Assembly (NCBI GenBank): GCA_004431415.1
Contig: QPMI01000161.1
Coordinates: 1 to 64,000, forward strand
Direction: 5' to 3'
Length of the DNA stretch: 64,000 nt
From: Cyanophora paradoxa CCMP329
Lineage: Eukaryota > Plantae > Glaucophyta
Shown here: piece after piece, positions 27,400 through 39,024 of the stretch
Layout: each line of letters opens with the position of its first letter
How positions within the stretch are numbered: the stretch's first letter is position 1
The notes under the pieces: model-generated
Databases searched by the model: none
Seen by the model: only the letters and a program-made list of their open reading frames with translations
What the model was told of the DNA's origin: nothing
Position numbers and translations under genes: made by a program

Positions 27400-28381
27400 C
27401 TACCGATTTACCCTCCGCGCTTCCGGGGGCAGGTTCCTGCGAGCGCGTGAGAACGCGTACCCCCCTGCTGGTCGGGCAAGGGTATGAACGCACGACCTGC
27501 CGATCCAGTACTTCATGATCAGGCCGTAAATATATATTAGGGGCTCCGGGCGCGCCGGGGGGAGGGCGTTCCTCACCTCTTCTCTGAACTCAACACACAT
27601 CTCGCTGTAGCTCTTCAAGTAACCTTCGCGCCAGCTCTGGTACGACCAGGTGCCGTGCAGCTTTTGGCTGCCCCGCGCGCGCTCCTCCAAGGGTCCGGGG
27701 AGGTCTTCCTCGAGCCCCCACACGTAGACGTTCGCCTGGGGCCTCTCGCCGGGGCGCACGTCCGGGTCCTCGCCGGCTCGCGCCATCACTGGAAGCGCCT
27801 CTACCGCGTGCACCTGCTTGGCGTACTCGTGTCCCTCGAATGCGTCCTGTTCCGCCAGTCAGCCAGCGCGAGAGCCGCTACCGCTTTCGACGAGGCGGAA
27901 ACACGCGCCAGGATGTCCTGCGCGGACATGTACAGCGGTCGGAGGGCGCGGATCAAGGCCGGGCCCGGGGCGCAACCAGCAGCGCTTGCATCGCGCGCAC
28001 CCATTCATCCTCGTCGAGGTCGGTTATGAGGAGCCCCTCCACGACCCCGCCCTGTGCGCCGCTTGAGCTCACGCCATCGACACGGCCGCGGGCCAAGCGA
28101 CAGCGCCGCGCGGCTCGCCTGGCGCGGCGCGATGGCTGGGTAGACTCGTCCGTGTATGTTATAGCTGCAGAGGGCCGGGGCTTGGGTCAGGGATCTGTCA
28201 CGCACACGAACGGGCGTCCGGCCGCGCAACCGGCGCCGCAGGGACAGCGCCGCGCTGGCGCGCACCGGTGGAAGCCCTCGAGTCGTGCCGGTTGCATCTT
28301 CGGCACGCGGTGCAGCAACGCCCCCAAGACCTCCTCGCTCATCAGCGTGCCGTACACGAACAGCAGGTTCGTGCCCGCCAT
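27400..28381 (-). CDS. AIG2-like gamma-glutamylcyclotransferase, copy A
   Basis: LFVYGTLM, ARLEGFHR, YPAI, VEGLLI, DAFEG.EY, ANVYVW. Confidence 0.85.
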
Positions 28382-28648
28382 CGAGTCTTATTGCGGCGCT
28401 GAACAAGCGGCGGCCAGGCCGACGTGCGCTAGGCGCTGTGGAGGCCGGAGCTCCGGCCTCGCTGTTCAGCGTACCCCACTCTGCAGCTTTCCATTTCCAG
28501 CCCTCCCAGCCGCCAGGTTGCTTCACGGTGCTTGTGGAGGTGGCGCGTTTCCATTGGAGGGCTTTAGAGCCGCTTCCCAGGCTTGTCAGGGCCTGCCAGC
28601 GGCTGCCAGACGCAACGGAGAACAGCAGCGCACCTGCGAAGCAACGCG

Positions 28649-29031
28649 ATGGAGGGAGATGACGAGCCGACGCTGACGTTCACTCACGTGCCCTTCGAGC
28701 TCTCGTGCCTCCAGGCCAAATTAGATCCGAAGGCTGCAGCGCTGAGCGGCGACACGGTACCTCTCAAGCAACGCTTCCAACAGTGCGCTCATGTCGTGAG
28801 GAGGCTAAGGCTAGGTCTAGTTATGTGCCGAGCGCACGCGCAGGTGGGGCATTGCCGATCTGTGCGTGCGGCGGCTTCGCTACTCGGGGCCTTTCAACGC
28901 GGACCTGCCGGAGCCCTTTGTAATGCAGCTGCTGCGCTCCTCCGAGTTCCAGAAAGGGCTCGGCTTGAATCTCGGCGAGGTGCGCCCTTGCGCCCCCGTG
29001 CGCCGCGCGCTTTCGGCGCCCTGACGCAGCG
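28649..29031 (+). pseudogene. 5' fragment of CFAP300 (truncated duplicate)
   Basis: Matches 30638-31020, then breaks off inside an intron into unrelated sequence. Confidence 0.75.
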
Positions 29032-29392
29032 ATGCTATTTGTTCGTGTTTGTTTTGACTGTGCGCATGATAGAATTACTCCCGCCGCTGCTGCCTTGCTC
29101 CCCGCTGGCGCGCCCGCCATGCCCATCTTCCTATAGCTAACTCCAAACCGCGCCAGCCTGCCCTTGCAGCTGCCCCACTCACCCACTTCTCTGTGTCTAT
29201 GGGAAGTAATTACGTGGACTTGCCTGACCTGACTGCCTGCTCGCCTGTCTAAATCTGTCTTCCTAGCGCTAGCTGTAGGCCTACTGTTCTTGCGGGGATG
29301 CCAGCCGGGGCCTTCCGCACGAGGAGGCTGAAGCGGGGTTTCCCCTGCTGGGAACTGCGGCCATTCGACGCCCCATCGACCGTCGTTGATGG

Positions 29393-30370
29393 CTATCGAT
29401 TCGCCTTTCTCACCTGCGGCGGAAGGTTCCTGCGGCGCGCGTGAGGACGCGCATCCTCCGATGCTGGTGCGCAATTGCAAGGGAAAGGGCGCACGACCTG
29501 CCGATCCAGTACTTTAGGCAGGGTCAGAGGGGCTTCAGCGCGGGTCGAGGGCGGGAGTCCGCACCCCGTTTCTGAATTCAATGCACATCTCGCTGTAGCT
29601 CTTGAGGTGGCCTTCGCGCCAGCTCTGGTACGACCAGGTGCCGTGCAGCTTGGCGCTGTCTCGCGCGGGCTCCTCGGGCGGGCCTGGAAGATCCTGCTCC
29701 ACGCTCCAAACGTAGGCCTTCGCCTGGGGCCGCTCGCCGGGGCGCACGTCCGGGTCCTCGCCGGCTCGCGCCATCACTGGGAGCGCCTCTACCGCGTGCA
29801 CCTGCTTGGCGTACTCCTTCGCTTCGAACGCGTCCTGTTCCGCCAGTCAGCCAGCGCGAGAGCCGCTACCGCTTTCGACGAGGCGGAAACACGCGCCAGG
29901 ATGTCCTGCGCGGACATGTACAGCGGTCGGAGGGCGCGGATCAAGGCCGGGCCCGGGGCGCAACCAGCAGCGCTTGCATCGCGCGCACCCATTCATCCTC
30001 GTCGAGGTCGGTTATGAGGAGCCCCTCCACGACCCCGCCCTGTGCGCCGCTTGAGCTCACGCCATCGACACGGCCGCGGGCCAAGCGACAGCGCCGCGCG
30101 GCTCGCCTGGCGCGGCGCGATGGCTGGGTAGACTCGTCCGTGTATGTTATAGCTGCAGAGGGGCCGGGGCTTGGGTCAGGGATCTGTCACGCACACGAAC
30201 GGGCGTCCGGCCGCGCAACCGGCGCCGCAGGGACAGCGCCGCGCTGGCGCGCACCGGTGGAAGCCCTCGAGTCGTGCCGGTTGCATCTTCGGCACGCGGT
30301 GCAGCAACGCCCCCAAGACCTCCTCGCTCATCAGCGTGCCGTACACGAACAGCAGGTTCGTGCCCGCCAT
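29393..30370 (-). CDS. AIG2-like gamma-glutamylcyclotransferase, copy B (3' end approximate)
   Basis: Same motifs as copy A; 3' exons diverged. Confidence 0.83.
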
Positions 30371-30637
30371 CGAGTCTTATTGCGGCGCTGAACAAGCGGC
30401 GGCCAGGCCGACGTGCGCTAGGCGCTGTGGAGGCCGGAGCTCCGGCCTCGCTGTTCAGCGTACCCCACTCTGCAGCTTTCCATTTCCAGCCCTCCCAGCC
30501 GCCAGGTTGCTTCACGGTGCTTGTGGAGGTGGCGCGTTTCCATTGGAGGGCTTTAGAGCCGCTTCCCAGGCTTGTCAGGGCCTGCCAGCGGCTGCCAGAC
30601 GCAACGGAGAACAGCAGCGCACCTGCGAAGCAACGCG

Positions 30638-31670
30638 ATGGAGGGAGATGACGAGCCGACGCTGACGTTCACTCACGTGCCCTTCGAGCTCTCGTGCCTC
30701 CAGGCCAAATTAGATCCGAAGGCTGCAGCGCTGAGCGGCGACACGGTACCTCTCAAGCAACGCTTCCAACAGTGCGCTCATGTCGTGAGGAGGCTAAGGC
30801 TAGGTCTAGTTATGTGCCGAGCGCACGCGCAGGTGGGACATTGCCGATCTGTGCGTGCGGCGGCTTCGCTACTCGGGGCCTTTCAACGCGGACCTGCCGG
30901 AGCCCTTTGTAATGCAGCTGCTGCGCTCCTCCGAGTTCCAGAAAGGGCTCGGCTTGAATCTCGGCGAGGTGCGCCCTTGCGCCCCCGTGCGCCGCGCGCT
31001 TTCGGCGCCCTGACGCAGCGCCGCAGGTCAAGAGCGCCAGCTGGAAGAAGCTCTCAGTGCAGTACACCTCGCTGGACCTGTTTGATAGACGTACGCACTC
31101 CCCGCACAGAGCGTTCAATCCGTGGCCCGCTCACGCCTCGTGCGCCCGCAGTGTATTCGAACGAGCCGCCGATTCTGCGGGACAACGGGCGGACAGTTCC
31201 GCGGCTGGACGAGATCGTGAAGGGCTACACCGTATCGGACCGGCTGCGAGAGTGCCTGTTGATGGAGGACTCGGAGCTGTGGGACGTGTTCCCCAAGGCC
31301 GACCGGAACGAGCTCCTCTTCCACCTCTTCTCGTTCGTGGCGCTGGGCGGCGCCCTGAACCAGTTCGAAAACACAGTGGATCCGTACATGGAGGCCACAC
31401 GTGCCCTGTACAAGGAGCTCGTCAGCGTCGCCAGGTCCAAGTCCACCGGCAAGATTGAGGGTGCGCCGCCTTCGCCGCTCGCCGTCCCCAGCTGACCCAG
31501 CGCCCGGGGACCCGGCCGCAGTGACGAGCAGCGTCTTCCAACTACTGGGCGTTGATGCTTCGGGGGCCCTCTTCCCGAAGGAAAGCGTGAACAACCGCCT
31601 TTATGTCAGCGTCGACGCTGGCAAGAAGCAGGCCACCGTCTTCTATTTCGCGTACAAGCCGTATTGGTGA
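30638..31670 (+). CDS. CFAP300: Cilia- and flagella-associated protein 300 (C11orf70-like dynein assembly factor)
   Basis: SDRLRECLLMEDSE..DRNELLFHLF..LGGALNQFEN..PY..TRALYKELVSV..; C-terminal YVSVD..KQATVFY. Confidence 0.82.
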
Positions 31671-32267
31671 TCGTGAATTCGATCGGCTGAAGTGCGTGGT
31701 TGGGCTTGCATGCGCCGGCCCATGGCCCAAGCTCAGTGCGAGGAGGGCTCAGGGGCGATCGAATGGAAGGTATATAGCAGATTGCGGATATACTCGAAAG
31801 CAGGTTACCTGGCATACCTGGCATAGTACACTATGAGTACAGTTCATCTTTAGCTGAGGGTGAGAGAATACCGAATTTAAGGACGGCCACTCATGCCAAA
31901 CTCAACTACCTGAGACTAAAACTAGACTGCAGAAGCAAACAAGCAAACAAGACAGCGGAAGTTGCAGTTAAAACTCGCAAAGAATACTAGCACTTTAAAA
32001 AAAAACAGGGGCAGCCGGGCCACGGGCCAATTTAAAGTGAAGCCGGTGCAGTAGACCGAACAAGGGTCTATCTAAATGCGCCGTGCTGCTTAGTTATAAT
32101 GTCGGGAGACGGTAGCGACGTCGACGAAAACGGACGAAGTCCGTCTACACAAGGGAGAGGCAGACCAATATAAATCCGGGCTGCTTACGTGAAACGCTGT
32201 GAAACTCATGATGCGCATGTGGATAATTGCAACACGGGGCCGCCGTAAACGCCAGCGGCTCCCCCTT

Positions 32268-33284
32268 CTAGAACGGCGCCAGGCGGGGGCGCTTGGCGTC
32301 GAGGAACTCGATGGAGGGCGGGGTGCGGCTGCGGCCGACGTAGCCAAACTCAGGCCCCATCGTCCGGCGCCGCTCGGCCATGATTCGATCCGCTTCGTCC
32401 TCGTACTTGCGCTTCGCTTCCCGCGGCAGCTTGCTCCACTCCTCCCCAAGCATCCGGCTGATCTCCTGGTTCTGCCCGCCCCAAGTCAGGCGCGCGCGGG
32501 TCGACGCCTGCACGCTGCGGATCGATTTTAAACTTGCGAACCTTGAGCTCAGGCGACTGCGATTTTATCTTCGGTCTCATTTCGTCGCAAAATAGGAGGA
32601 AGCAGTTCGTTGGCCTGCAATTGACCGTGAGCAACAACAACAGCCAAAAACAGCGGTTGGCGCGCACTTGGGTGCCTTCGGGTCAGGGCGGCGCTTAACG
32701 TTCGTCGGCTTTGCGGCGCGGGGGCGCGGCTTCGGCTGGGCGGTCGCGAGCGCTGTCGGAGCTCGCTGCGGCATGCTGTACGCAGTCGAGACGCGAGTCG
32801 CAGCTGATGTTACGCACTGAACCGGAAGTCCGCTGAAGCCTACGTAATCTAGGACAAGGGGGACGGAGGGCGCTTGGCTGGTGCACGAGGAGCAGGTGGA
32901 GGAGCAGGGGGAGGAGGTGCCCGACTGGCACGGAGATGAGACGACTTGCTGGGAGGCGGGAAACCAAAAGAGACCGGGGGCTGCGGGGGCTTCTTCATCG
33001 CTGCTCCCGGACCCGCTACTGCTTGCCGAGGCAGAAGAAGTGAACGCCGGAAAAGCGGCGACATAACTCATCTCCGCTGCTGGCAACCACTCCCCGGCCG
33101 GATACACTTCGCTAAGAGGTTGCGAATCCGGTGAGCTGCTGTGGTGCGAAACAGGGCTGCATTCCCCCGATTGCTCGGCTGCCGCGATTCCGTATGCTGC
33201 TCCGCCTGATTCTATCTGCTGCAGGAACAGTTGCAGCTCCAGAGAACTGGCGGGCAGGCCTCCCGGCGCACAAACTGCGATCAA
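32268..33284 (-). CDS. HMG-box DNA-binding protein (5' end uncertain)
   Basis: K/RPTNCFLLFCDEMRPKIK..NQEISRMLGEEWSKLPREAKRKYEDEA after splicing; Ser-rich N-terminal region. Confidence 0.85.
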
Positions 33285-33899
33285 GGAGGGTCAGCAAAGC
33301 GAACGCGAGACCGAGTGGGACTCCAAGAGAGGCCGGGAGGTAAGGGCTGGCGGACCGGGATCCTTCCCGCTGTGCTGTGCCTCCGCCGCTGCTTCGACGA
33401 TGGGCGCCGCGCAGAGACGGGCGAAATCGGATCCTGCAGGGGATCTTCAGCTGCGGGGATCAACAGACGTTGACAACGGTTCAGCTCACCTCGGCACATC
33501 TGCAGCTGTTGGCCGGGAGAGCTCAGCAGGGAGGGGATGACGGCAGCGCGTGCGCTTGCGTTGGTGAGCTGATCGAGCTGGGAATCCCTGGGATCGGATC
33601 TCGAGGATCTCCCTCGGAAGGCGCCCTCAGCGGGGCGCCGCTTGTGTGACGTTTGGTGCGCTTGACGCCTTTCGCGTCACTTGCGAAAACATAGGGGCTT
33701 GACACGGCCCAATTTGAATGCGTAAGTTTTTCTTTTTTAGTTGCACACTGGACGCCAAATAGTAGAGTACCCGTGGCGAGCCCTCTGGGTACGCTGCGCT
33801 CCGCCTCCGCTGCTGCAACTGCCAACTGCTGAAGAGTGCGACCGGAGCGATGCGCGTAAGCGCGCCTGCTCGTGCGCAAAGTGAGCGGCCGTACTCCCG

Positions 33900-35542
33900 A
33901 TGCTCTACTTGCTGGTTCGCGCCGCCGTTCTCGGTGCCAGCGCTGTCGAGCGTCTCCTAGACTTGCTCCGCGGCGATGGCGGCGAGGTGACGGCGGCCGG
34001 TCGCGGCATGGCGCGGCTGCTTCGCATGTGCAAGGTGCTTCGCTGCCGCCGGCGCGGGCGAAGTCGCCCGCTCAAGCGCACGCTGCTGCTCAGATCCCTG
34101 TCAGGCACCACCGCCTCCTCCGCCTCCGATTCCACAGGTACAGCCAGGCGCTGAAAAGTGCGATCTCACGGCGCTAAAAGCCGCCGAACAGCCTCCCGGC
34201 CTTTTCGCCGCCTCTGCCCTCTTTCTGCGACTACGTGGACGTGGTATTGCCGGGGAGCGCGCTGCGGGCCCTCTGGATCAATCCGAGGCGAGAGGCGGCA
34301 TCGAAATCGGCTGGCTCCCCCGACGGCAGCGGCGGCAGCCGCGGCCGAGACCGCGTTATACTGTACCTGCACGGCGGAGGCCTCATCTCCAACCGCCCGC
34401 GGTCCTACGCATTCTTTCTCGCTCACCTGTCCAGAGCCGGTGCGCGAGTGCATCGGCGTCGGCTCGAAGTGGCCCGAGAGGCCCCGAGGACGCGGACGCC
34501 TGGAGCTCACGTGCGAGGGGCCGGGGCGGGCAGCGGGGGCGCGGGTGTTCGCGGTGGACTACCGGTGGGCGCCGGAGCACCGGTGGCCGGCGCAGCTGGA
34601 CGACGCGGAGCGCGCCTACGAGCACCTCGTCGACCCCGCTGGCGCCGCCGTCGCCCCCGCCGACATCCTCTTCGCCGGCGACTCCGCCGGCGCCGGTCCG
34701 CCCCGCCCGCCCCCGCCCCCTGTCCCCGCCCCCGCCCCCGCCTCCGACCGCCCGCAGGCCTCGCAGCGCACCTGCTCGTCCTCCTGCGCGACAAGGGCGT
34801 ACCCCTCCCCGCCGGTCCGCCCGCGCCCGGGCTCCGCGCCTTCCTCCCTCTGACGCGGGGGCGGGGCGGGGCAGGGGCGGCGCTGCTGTCGCCGTGGATC
34901 GACTTCCGGTGCGAGGGGGACACGTGGAGCGCCGAGATGAACCGCCGCGACCCCATGATCGACGCCGGTGCCCGCCCCGCCCCCCGCCCATTCCCATTAT
35001 CCCCGAAGGCCTCACCGAGCAGCTGAATCGTGGTCCGCTGCAGAGGACCTTCGGAGGGTCGGGAACCGGACGCTAATGGGCCGCCCGCCCCTGCCCGAAG
35101 ACATGCCGGCCGTCTCGCGGCCCCTGCACGGCCTACCCCCCTGCCTCGTCATGGTGGGGTCCGAGGAGGTGCCGGCGCCGCTGTCCCCTCCACGGCGCTA
35201 ACGGCGTCTCTCTCGCTGATTCGGGGAATGCTCGTGCGCAGTGCCTGCTCGGGGACTCGGACTCGTTCACGGCCCGCGCCCGGCACGCAGGCGTCCAGGT
35301 CGAGCTGCAGGCGCGCCGGCCCCCCCAAGGCCTAAGCCGAGGCGTGAGCTCGCCGGCTCGCGAGGCGTGGCTGACGGGGGCGGGGGCGGGGCGCGGGGCG
35401 GCAGGTGTGGCGGGGGATGTTCCACGTCTTCCCCGTGCTGGTGCCGTTCCTCCCGGAGGCCTGGCGCGGCCTCGCCATCCTCGCCGCCTTCCTCGCCCAC
35501 GCCCCCCGCGACCCCGCCCACCGCTCCCGCCCCCGCCTCTAG
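33900..35542 (+). CDS. HSL-family alpha/beta hydrolase, paralog 3
   Basis: VILYLHGGG, DYRWAPE, GDSAG, SPWID, GMFHVFP; ends ..SRPRL*. Confidence 0.88.
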
Positions 35543-36036
35543 CGCGACTTCTGCGGGAGCGTCCGGCATCGGAATTCTGCTTGCAGCCAGAAGCAGAAGG
35601 ATCGGCTCCATTGCATCAGAGAGAAAGCAGCGGGGCGCAATGAGCTCCCGGCACGATACGCTTCACTCTGCAATCCGGATCCGACTTTGGCGGCTTTTCA
35701 CTGCAGCGCTCTCCTCGCGATCGGGGAAGGCCTGAGGGCGGCCCTCGCCGACGAAGCAGCGGAGGCGGCGTGAAGCCTGCGCAGCGAACAGCGGGGAGAA
35801 GCCCGGTCCGTCCCTACATTGCCTCCTGGCCCCTTTGTCATGACCAGCCCCTCGCTCCTGTATACACGTTTTCTGAACTTGTGCGGGCGCATGCGCATGC
35901 GCATACGCAGGCTCGTCTACTAGGCAAGATCTGTGGCGTCGCTGTTGGTCTCCCTAGCACTCGTGTAGCTGTCTTGCCGATACCGCGCCGCGAATCCCGC
36001 GCCCGCAGTGGTCGAAAATCGATGGTAACGGCGCTA

Positions 36037-36044
36037 GACGCCAC
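36037..36044. repeat. Left 8-bp target-site duplication GACGCCAC
   Basis: Identical 8-mer at 61756-61763; each copy abuts a CAGTG../..CACTG terminus. Confidence 0.8.
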
Positions 36045-36065
36045 CAGTGCTGCGTATCTTTGCGC

Positions 36066-36150
36066 ACACATAAAGAAATACAAATTTAAATCCCTCCGCT
36101 TCGCGCTTCGCGCTTCGCTCCTGGATTTAAATTTGTATTTCTTTATGTGT
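36066..36150. other. Left terminal fold-back palindrome: 28-bp perfect stem, 29-nt loop with (GCTTCGC)3
   Basis: 36066-36093 is the exact reverse complement of 36123-36150; loop CTCC-GCTTCGC-GCTTCGC-GCTTCGC-TCCT. Confidence 0.95.
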
Positions 36151-36500
36151 AAATTAATCGAAAATATTAAAAAAATAAATCAAAATTTTTAATAAAATCA
36201 ATTAAATTTAAATAAATTCGATTAAATTAATTGGTATAATATCAATTAAATTATGATTTTATGAAATTTATATAAATTTTTGATAAATTACGTATTTCTC
36301 AATTGATTCAATGATATAAACGCGATTAATTTGTATTTAAATGTAAAATACGTATTTTGCGATTGATATAAACGCGATTAATATGTATTTTATGGAAATT
36401 CGATATAATCTCGATTGACGGAACATAAATTTGTGATATAATCACGATTGTAGTAATCCACCGCCCATTCTATCGTAAAACGCAAAAATTCACACAGAGT

Positions 36501-36915
36501 TGCATTATGTCCAGTTAAACAATCGATGAGATTGCGGCATATTTTGTTGGAAGAGATGGTTACTGCATTATGTCCAATTAAACAATCGATGAAATATCGG
36601 ATGAAAATAATTCACTCGTTACTGCATTATGTCCAATTAAACAATCGTTGAGATTGCGGCGTATTTTGTTGGAAGAGATGGTTACTGCATCAGGTCCAAT
36701 TAAACAATCGATGAGATTCGGGTAAGCTTTTTACTGTATCGAAAATGACCCCAGAGTTGCATTATGTCCAATTAAACAATTGATAAGATTGGATTCTGTT
36801 TTTTACTGTAAAAACATTGTATCTTAGGTGTATCAATCTCAATTGAATTAATCGATGTAATTTTGTTGGAAGAGATGGTTACAGCATTATGTCCAATTAA
36901 ACAATCGATGAGATT
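36501..36915 (+). repeat. Six 33-bp direct repeats (TGCATTATGTCCAATTAAACAATCGATGAGATT) with 26-92-bp spacers; mirror copy at 60666-61080
   Basis: Units start at 36501, 36564, 36623, 36686, 36758 and 36883. Confidence 0.9.
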
Positions 36916-37011
36916 TCGCTGAGATGAAAACGGTTAGGCACTTTTTTATCGTGATCGGCGGATATCATTTAGATATAAAACGGGCTACTGAAATGGAGCG
37001 GGTTAATCGAA

Positions 37012-37232
37012 GTAGGCACTTTTTTTAATCGCGGTAGGCAGCGTAGGCGCGTTAGGCACTTCCTTATCGAGAATTAAAAAGAAGTCCCAAATACATCAAC
37101 TTGTGTTTTTCAAAACGTTGATTTTATTTTTTATAGAGAGTTTCCAGAAAAGGTGCCTAAGTGCCTAACGTCAATTAAAAGTGCCTAACGTCAATTAAAA
37201 GTGCCTAACTTCAATTAAAAAGTGCCTAACAA
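37012..37232. promoter_or_regulatory. Putative origin: opposed TAGGCAC iteron clusters around an AT-rich core (mirror copy ~60350-60570)
   Basis: TAGGC(AC) motifs at ~37013-37060; GTGCCTAA motifs incl. 20-bp tandem AAAGTGCCTAACGTCAATTA at ~37153-37230. Function is inferred. Confidence 0.55.
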
Positions 37233-37537
37233 ACGATATTCAGTAAGACATCTATGAATCATAGAGATATGATATATTCACTTTCATTATCTGAGAAATA
37301 TAAAGTGCCTACCAAACCATTAACAGTGTGATTAACTCGGAAATCGCGCTGCTATCTGCTTCTCCGCTTTCTCCAACCCTGAAAAGATCTCTGTTATTCT
37401 CTCATCTATCAATTTAGATATTACGGAGGTCTTACTTTCAAAAAATGATGCTCGTGGGCAACCCAAAATGATTTAAGGAAGAAGCGATAGTATAGAGTAA
37501 AACGGGTAAAAGATTTTCTCAGACGTAATTCAGTGTC

Positions 37538-38173
37538 ATGGCGTATAGTCTCAACGGCATCCCGATCTTCTCGATCCCTGCTGAGGAGATCCGTTTCGAT
37601 ATCGGTAAGATAATGGAAGTCTATGATGCTGTTGATCGTTACTTTGATCGCGCGAGTTCGAGAATGCTGAGGATTCCCGCTCATCTACCCAAATTCAAAG
37701 CAATTGGCTACCTTGAAGATCGACCGGAACAGATCGTGATTCAATGCAACTACGATAACTTCTACCACATTTCAGACATTGAATCTGATGAACCTGTTCA
37801 GGATCTTAGTTTCTCTGTTGTTGATCGCATTGTCTACGGATTGGGTATTGAATTCATCACTATAATTGATATCCACCAACTTGTTATTGGTTCTGGTTTG
37901 ACAATTGAACAAGTTTTAATTGCAGTGGATCGGGAATATGAAATCAATGGTGTTCCTCAAAGACGATTCTTCTTCACTATCGAGAAAGATATTACACAGT
38001 ATTTCCCGAAGTTCAAAGAGCATGGATTGAAGATTACGTCTCGTCCCTCGATTCGTAGATTCATTAAGGCAAACGGGGCGAAATGGCTGAAAGGACGACG
38101 TTGGTTCCTCGAAGAAGAGAATTTCAATAATGAAAACCCTGTTTTCCGTATCTTCTTTCCGGAATGCTTCTAA
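37538..38173 (+). CDS. Viral hypothetical protein (211 aa)
   Basis: Intact ATG ORF in AT-rich DNA; no motif recognised. Confidence 0.7.
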   Translation: MAYSLNGIPIFSIPAEEIRFDIGKIMEVYDAVDRYFDRASSRMLRIPAHLPKFKAIGYLEDRPEQIVIQCNYDNFYHISDIESDEPVQDLSFSVVDRIVYGLGIEFITIIDIHQLVIGSGLTIEQVLIAVDREYEINGVPQRRFFFTIEKDITQYFPKFKEHGLKITSRPSIRRFIKANGAKWLKGRRWFLEEENFNNENPVFRIFFPECF

Positions 38174-38955
38174 TCGTTTCCAATAGCCACAAACTCCAAC
38201 TGAAACGAATTATCGATACCATTCATATCTACAAGATCACCAAAATAATCACGAAACTCAACTGTTAATTCACGAATAACAAGGTTTTTGTCTGTTATTT
38301 TTATGTATTCACCATGCTCTCCGCTATGGTAGATATACTTTCCGATGTCCTGACTCAATTGTAATCGCAAGATCGCGCCTTGGTTCTGCGGTTGCGATTT
38401 CGGGACTATATTGTGGTTTGATGCAAAAGAAGAGAGTTCCTTGATATGCATATACAAGTATTGCTCAGCGTTCATATCCGCCATCTTTGGACTTGTTGCT
38501 TTATGTTGCAACGGCACCGGATCTGCACCTTCAAACGTTATTCCCATTGTGGGTGATCAGGTGTTATTGGTCTTCCTGCATAAGATAAGTAGTTCTCAGG
38601 AGCAAATACAGACCTGTTATCTTCTAAATTATGTTGCTGGCTTACCAATAATGCAGAACTCAGACCAAGTAGTTTGGCGATTCTATTGTTTGACGCTGCT
38701 ATTTCAAATGGAACGCTGCTATAAAATTCTAACTTGTATGTTGTCGGGTTGTAGTATATCTTAAAGAATGTATTTTCAAGAACTTCGTAGTTTAAACCGT
38801 AATTATATGGTTGAGTAACTCCAAAGTGTCCTTGGTTTATGTAACCACTTGGTAATGGGAATACTTGCTGATTAAGAGGGAAACCAACAATATTATAACG
38901 AACCACAATATAATCGGTTCCAATCGAATTATAAATGCTGTTGGGAATCTCTGCA
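38170..38955 (-). pseudogene. Minor capsid (penton)-like protein 1, 5'-truncated, one frameshift
   Basis: Begins abruptly at AEIPNSIYN; ..IAKLLGL..QYLYMHIKEL..ELTVEFRDYFGDLVDMNGIDNSFQLEF resembles PLV/NCLDV pentons. Confidence 0.72.
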
Positions 38956-39024
38956 TATTAGTGGTGAAACAGAACCTGGGGATGCAACAATATTAGTGGT
39001 GAAACAGAACCTGGGGATGCAACA
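38955..39024. repeat. 35-bp perfect tandem duplication at the penton/penton junction
   Basis: ATATTAGTGGTGAAACAGAACCTGGGGATGCAACA x2. Confidence 0.95.

Larger units (their letters stand above)
36077..37438 (+). repeat. Left terminal inverted repeat (1,362 bp)
   Basis: Reverse complement of 60143-61504; only about three substitutions noticed by eye. Confidence 0.95.

Noticed and set aside
140-35735. Many long Arg/Pro/Gly/Ala-rich ORFs in the six-frame track
   Set aside because: Shadow frames caused by very high GC content and intron read-through.
35770-36192. ORFs crossing the virus junctions (also 61389-61604)
   Set aside because: Chance read-through into the palindromic TIR; they resemble each other only because of the TIR.
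36501-36915. CRISPR array
   Set aside because: Spacers are uneven and partly repeat each other, there are no cas genes, and the array lies in a eukaryotic virus TIR.
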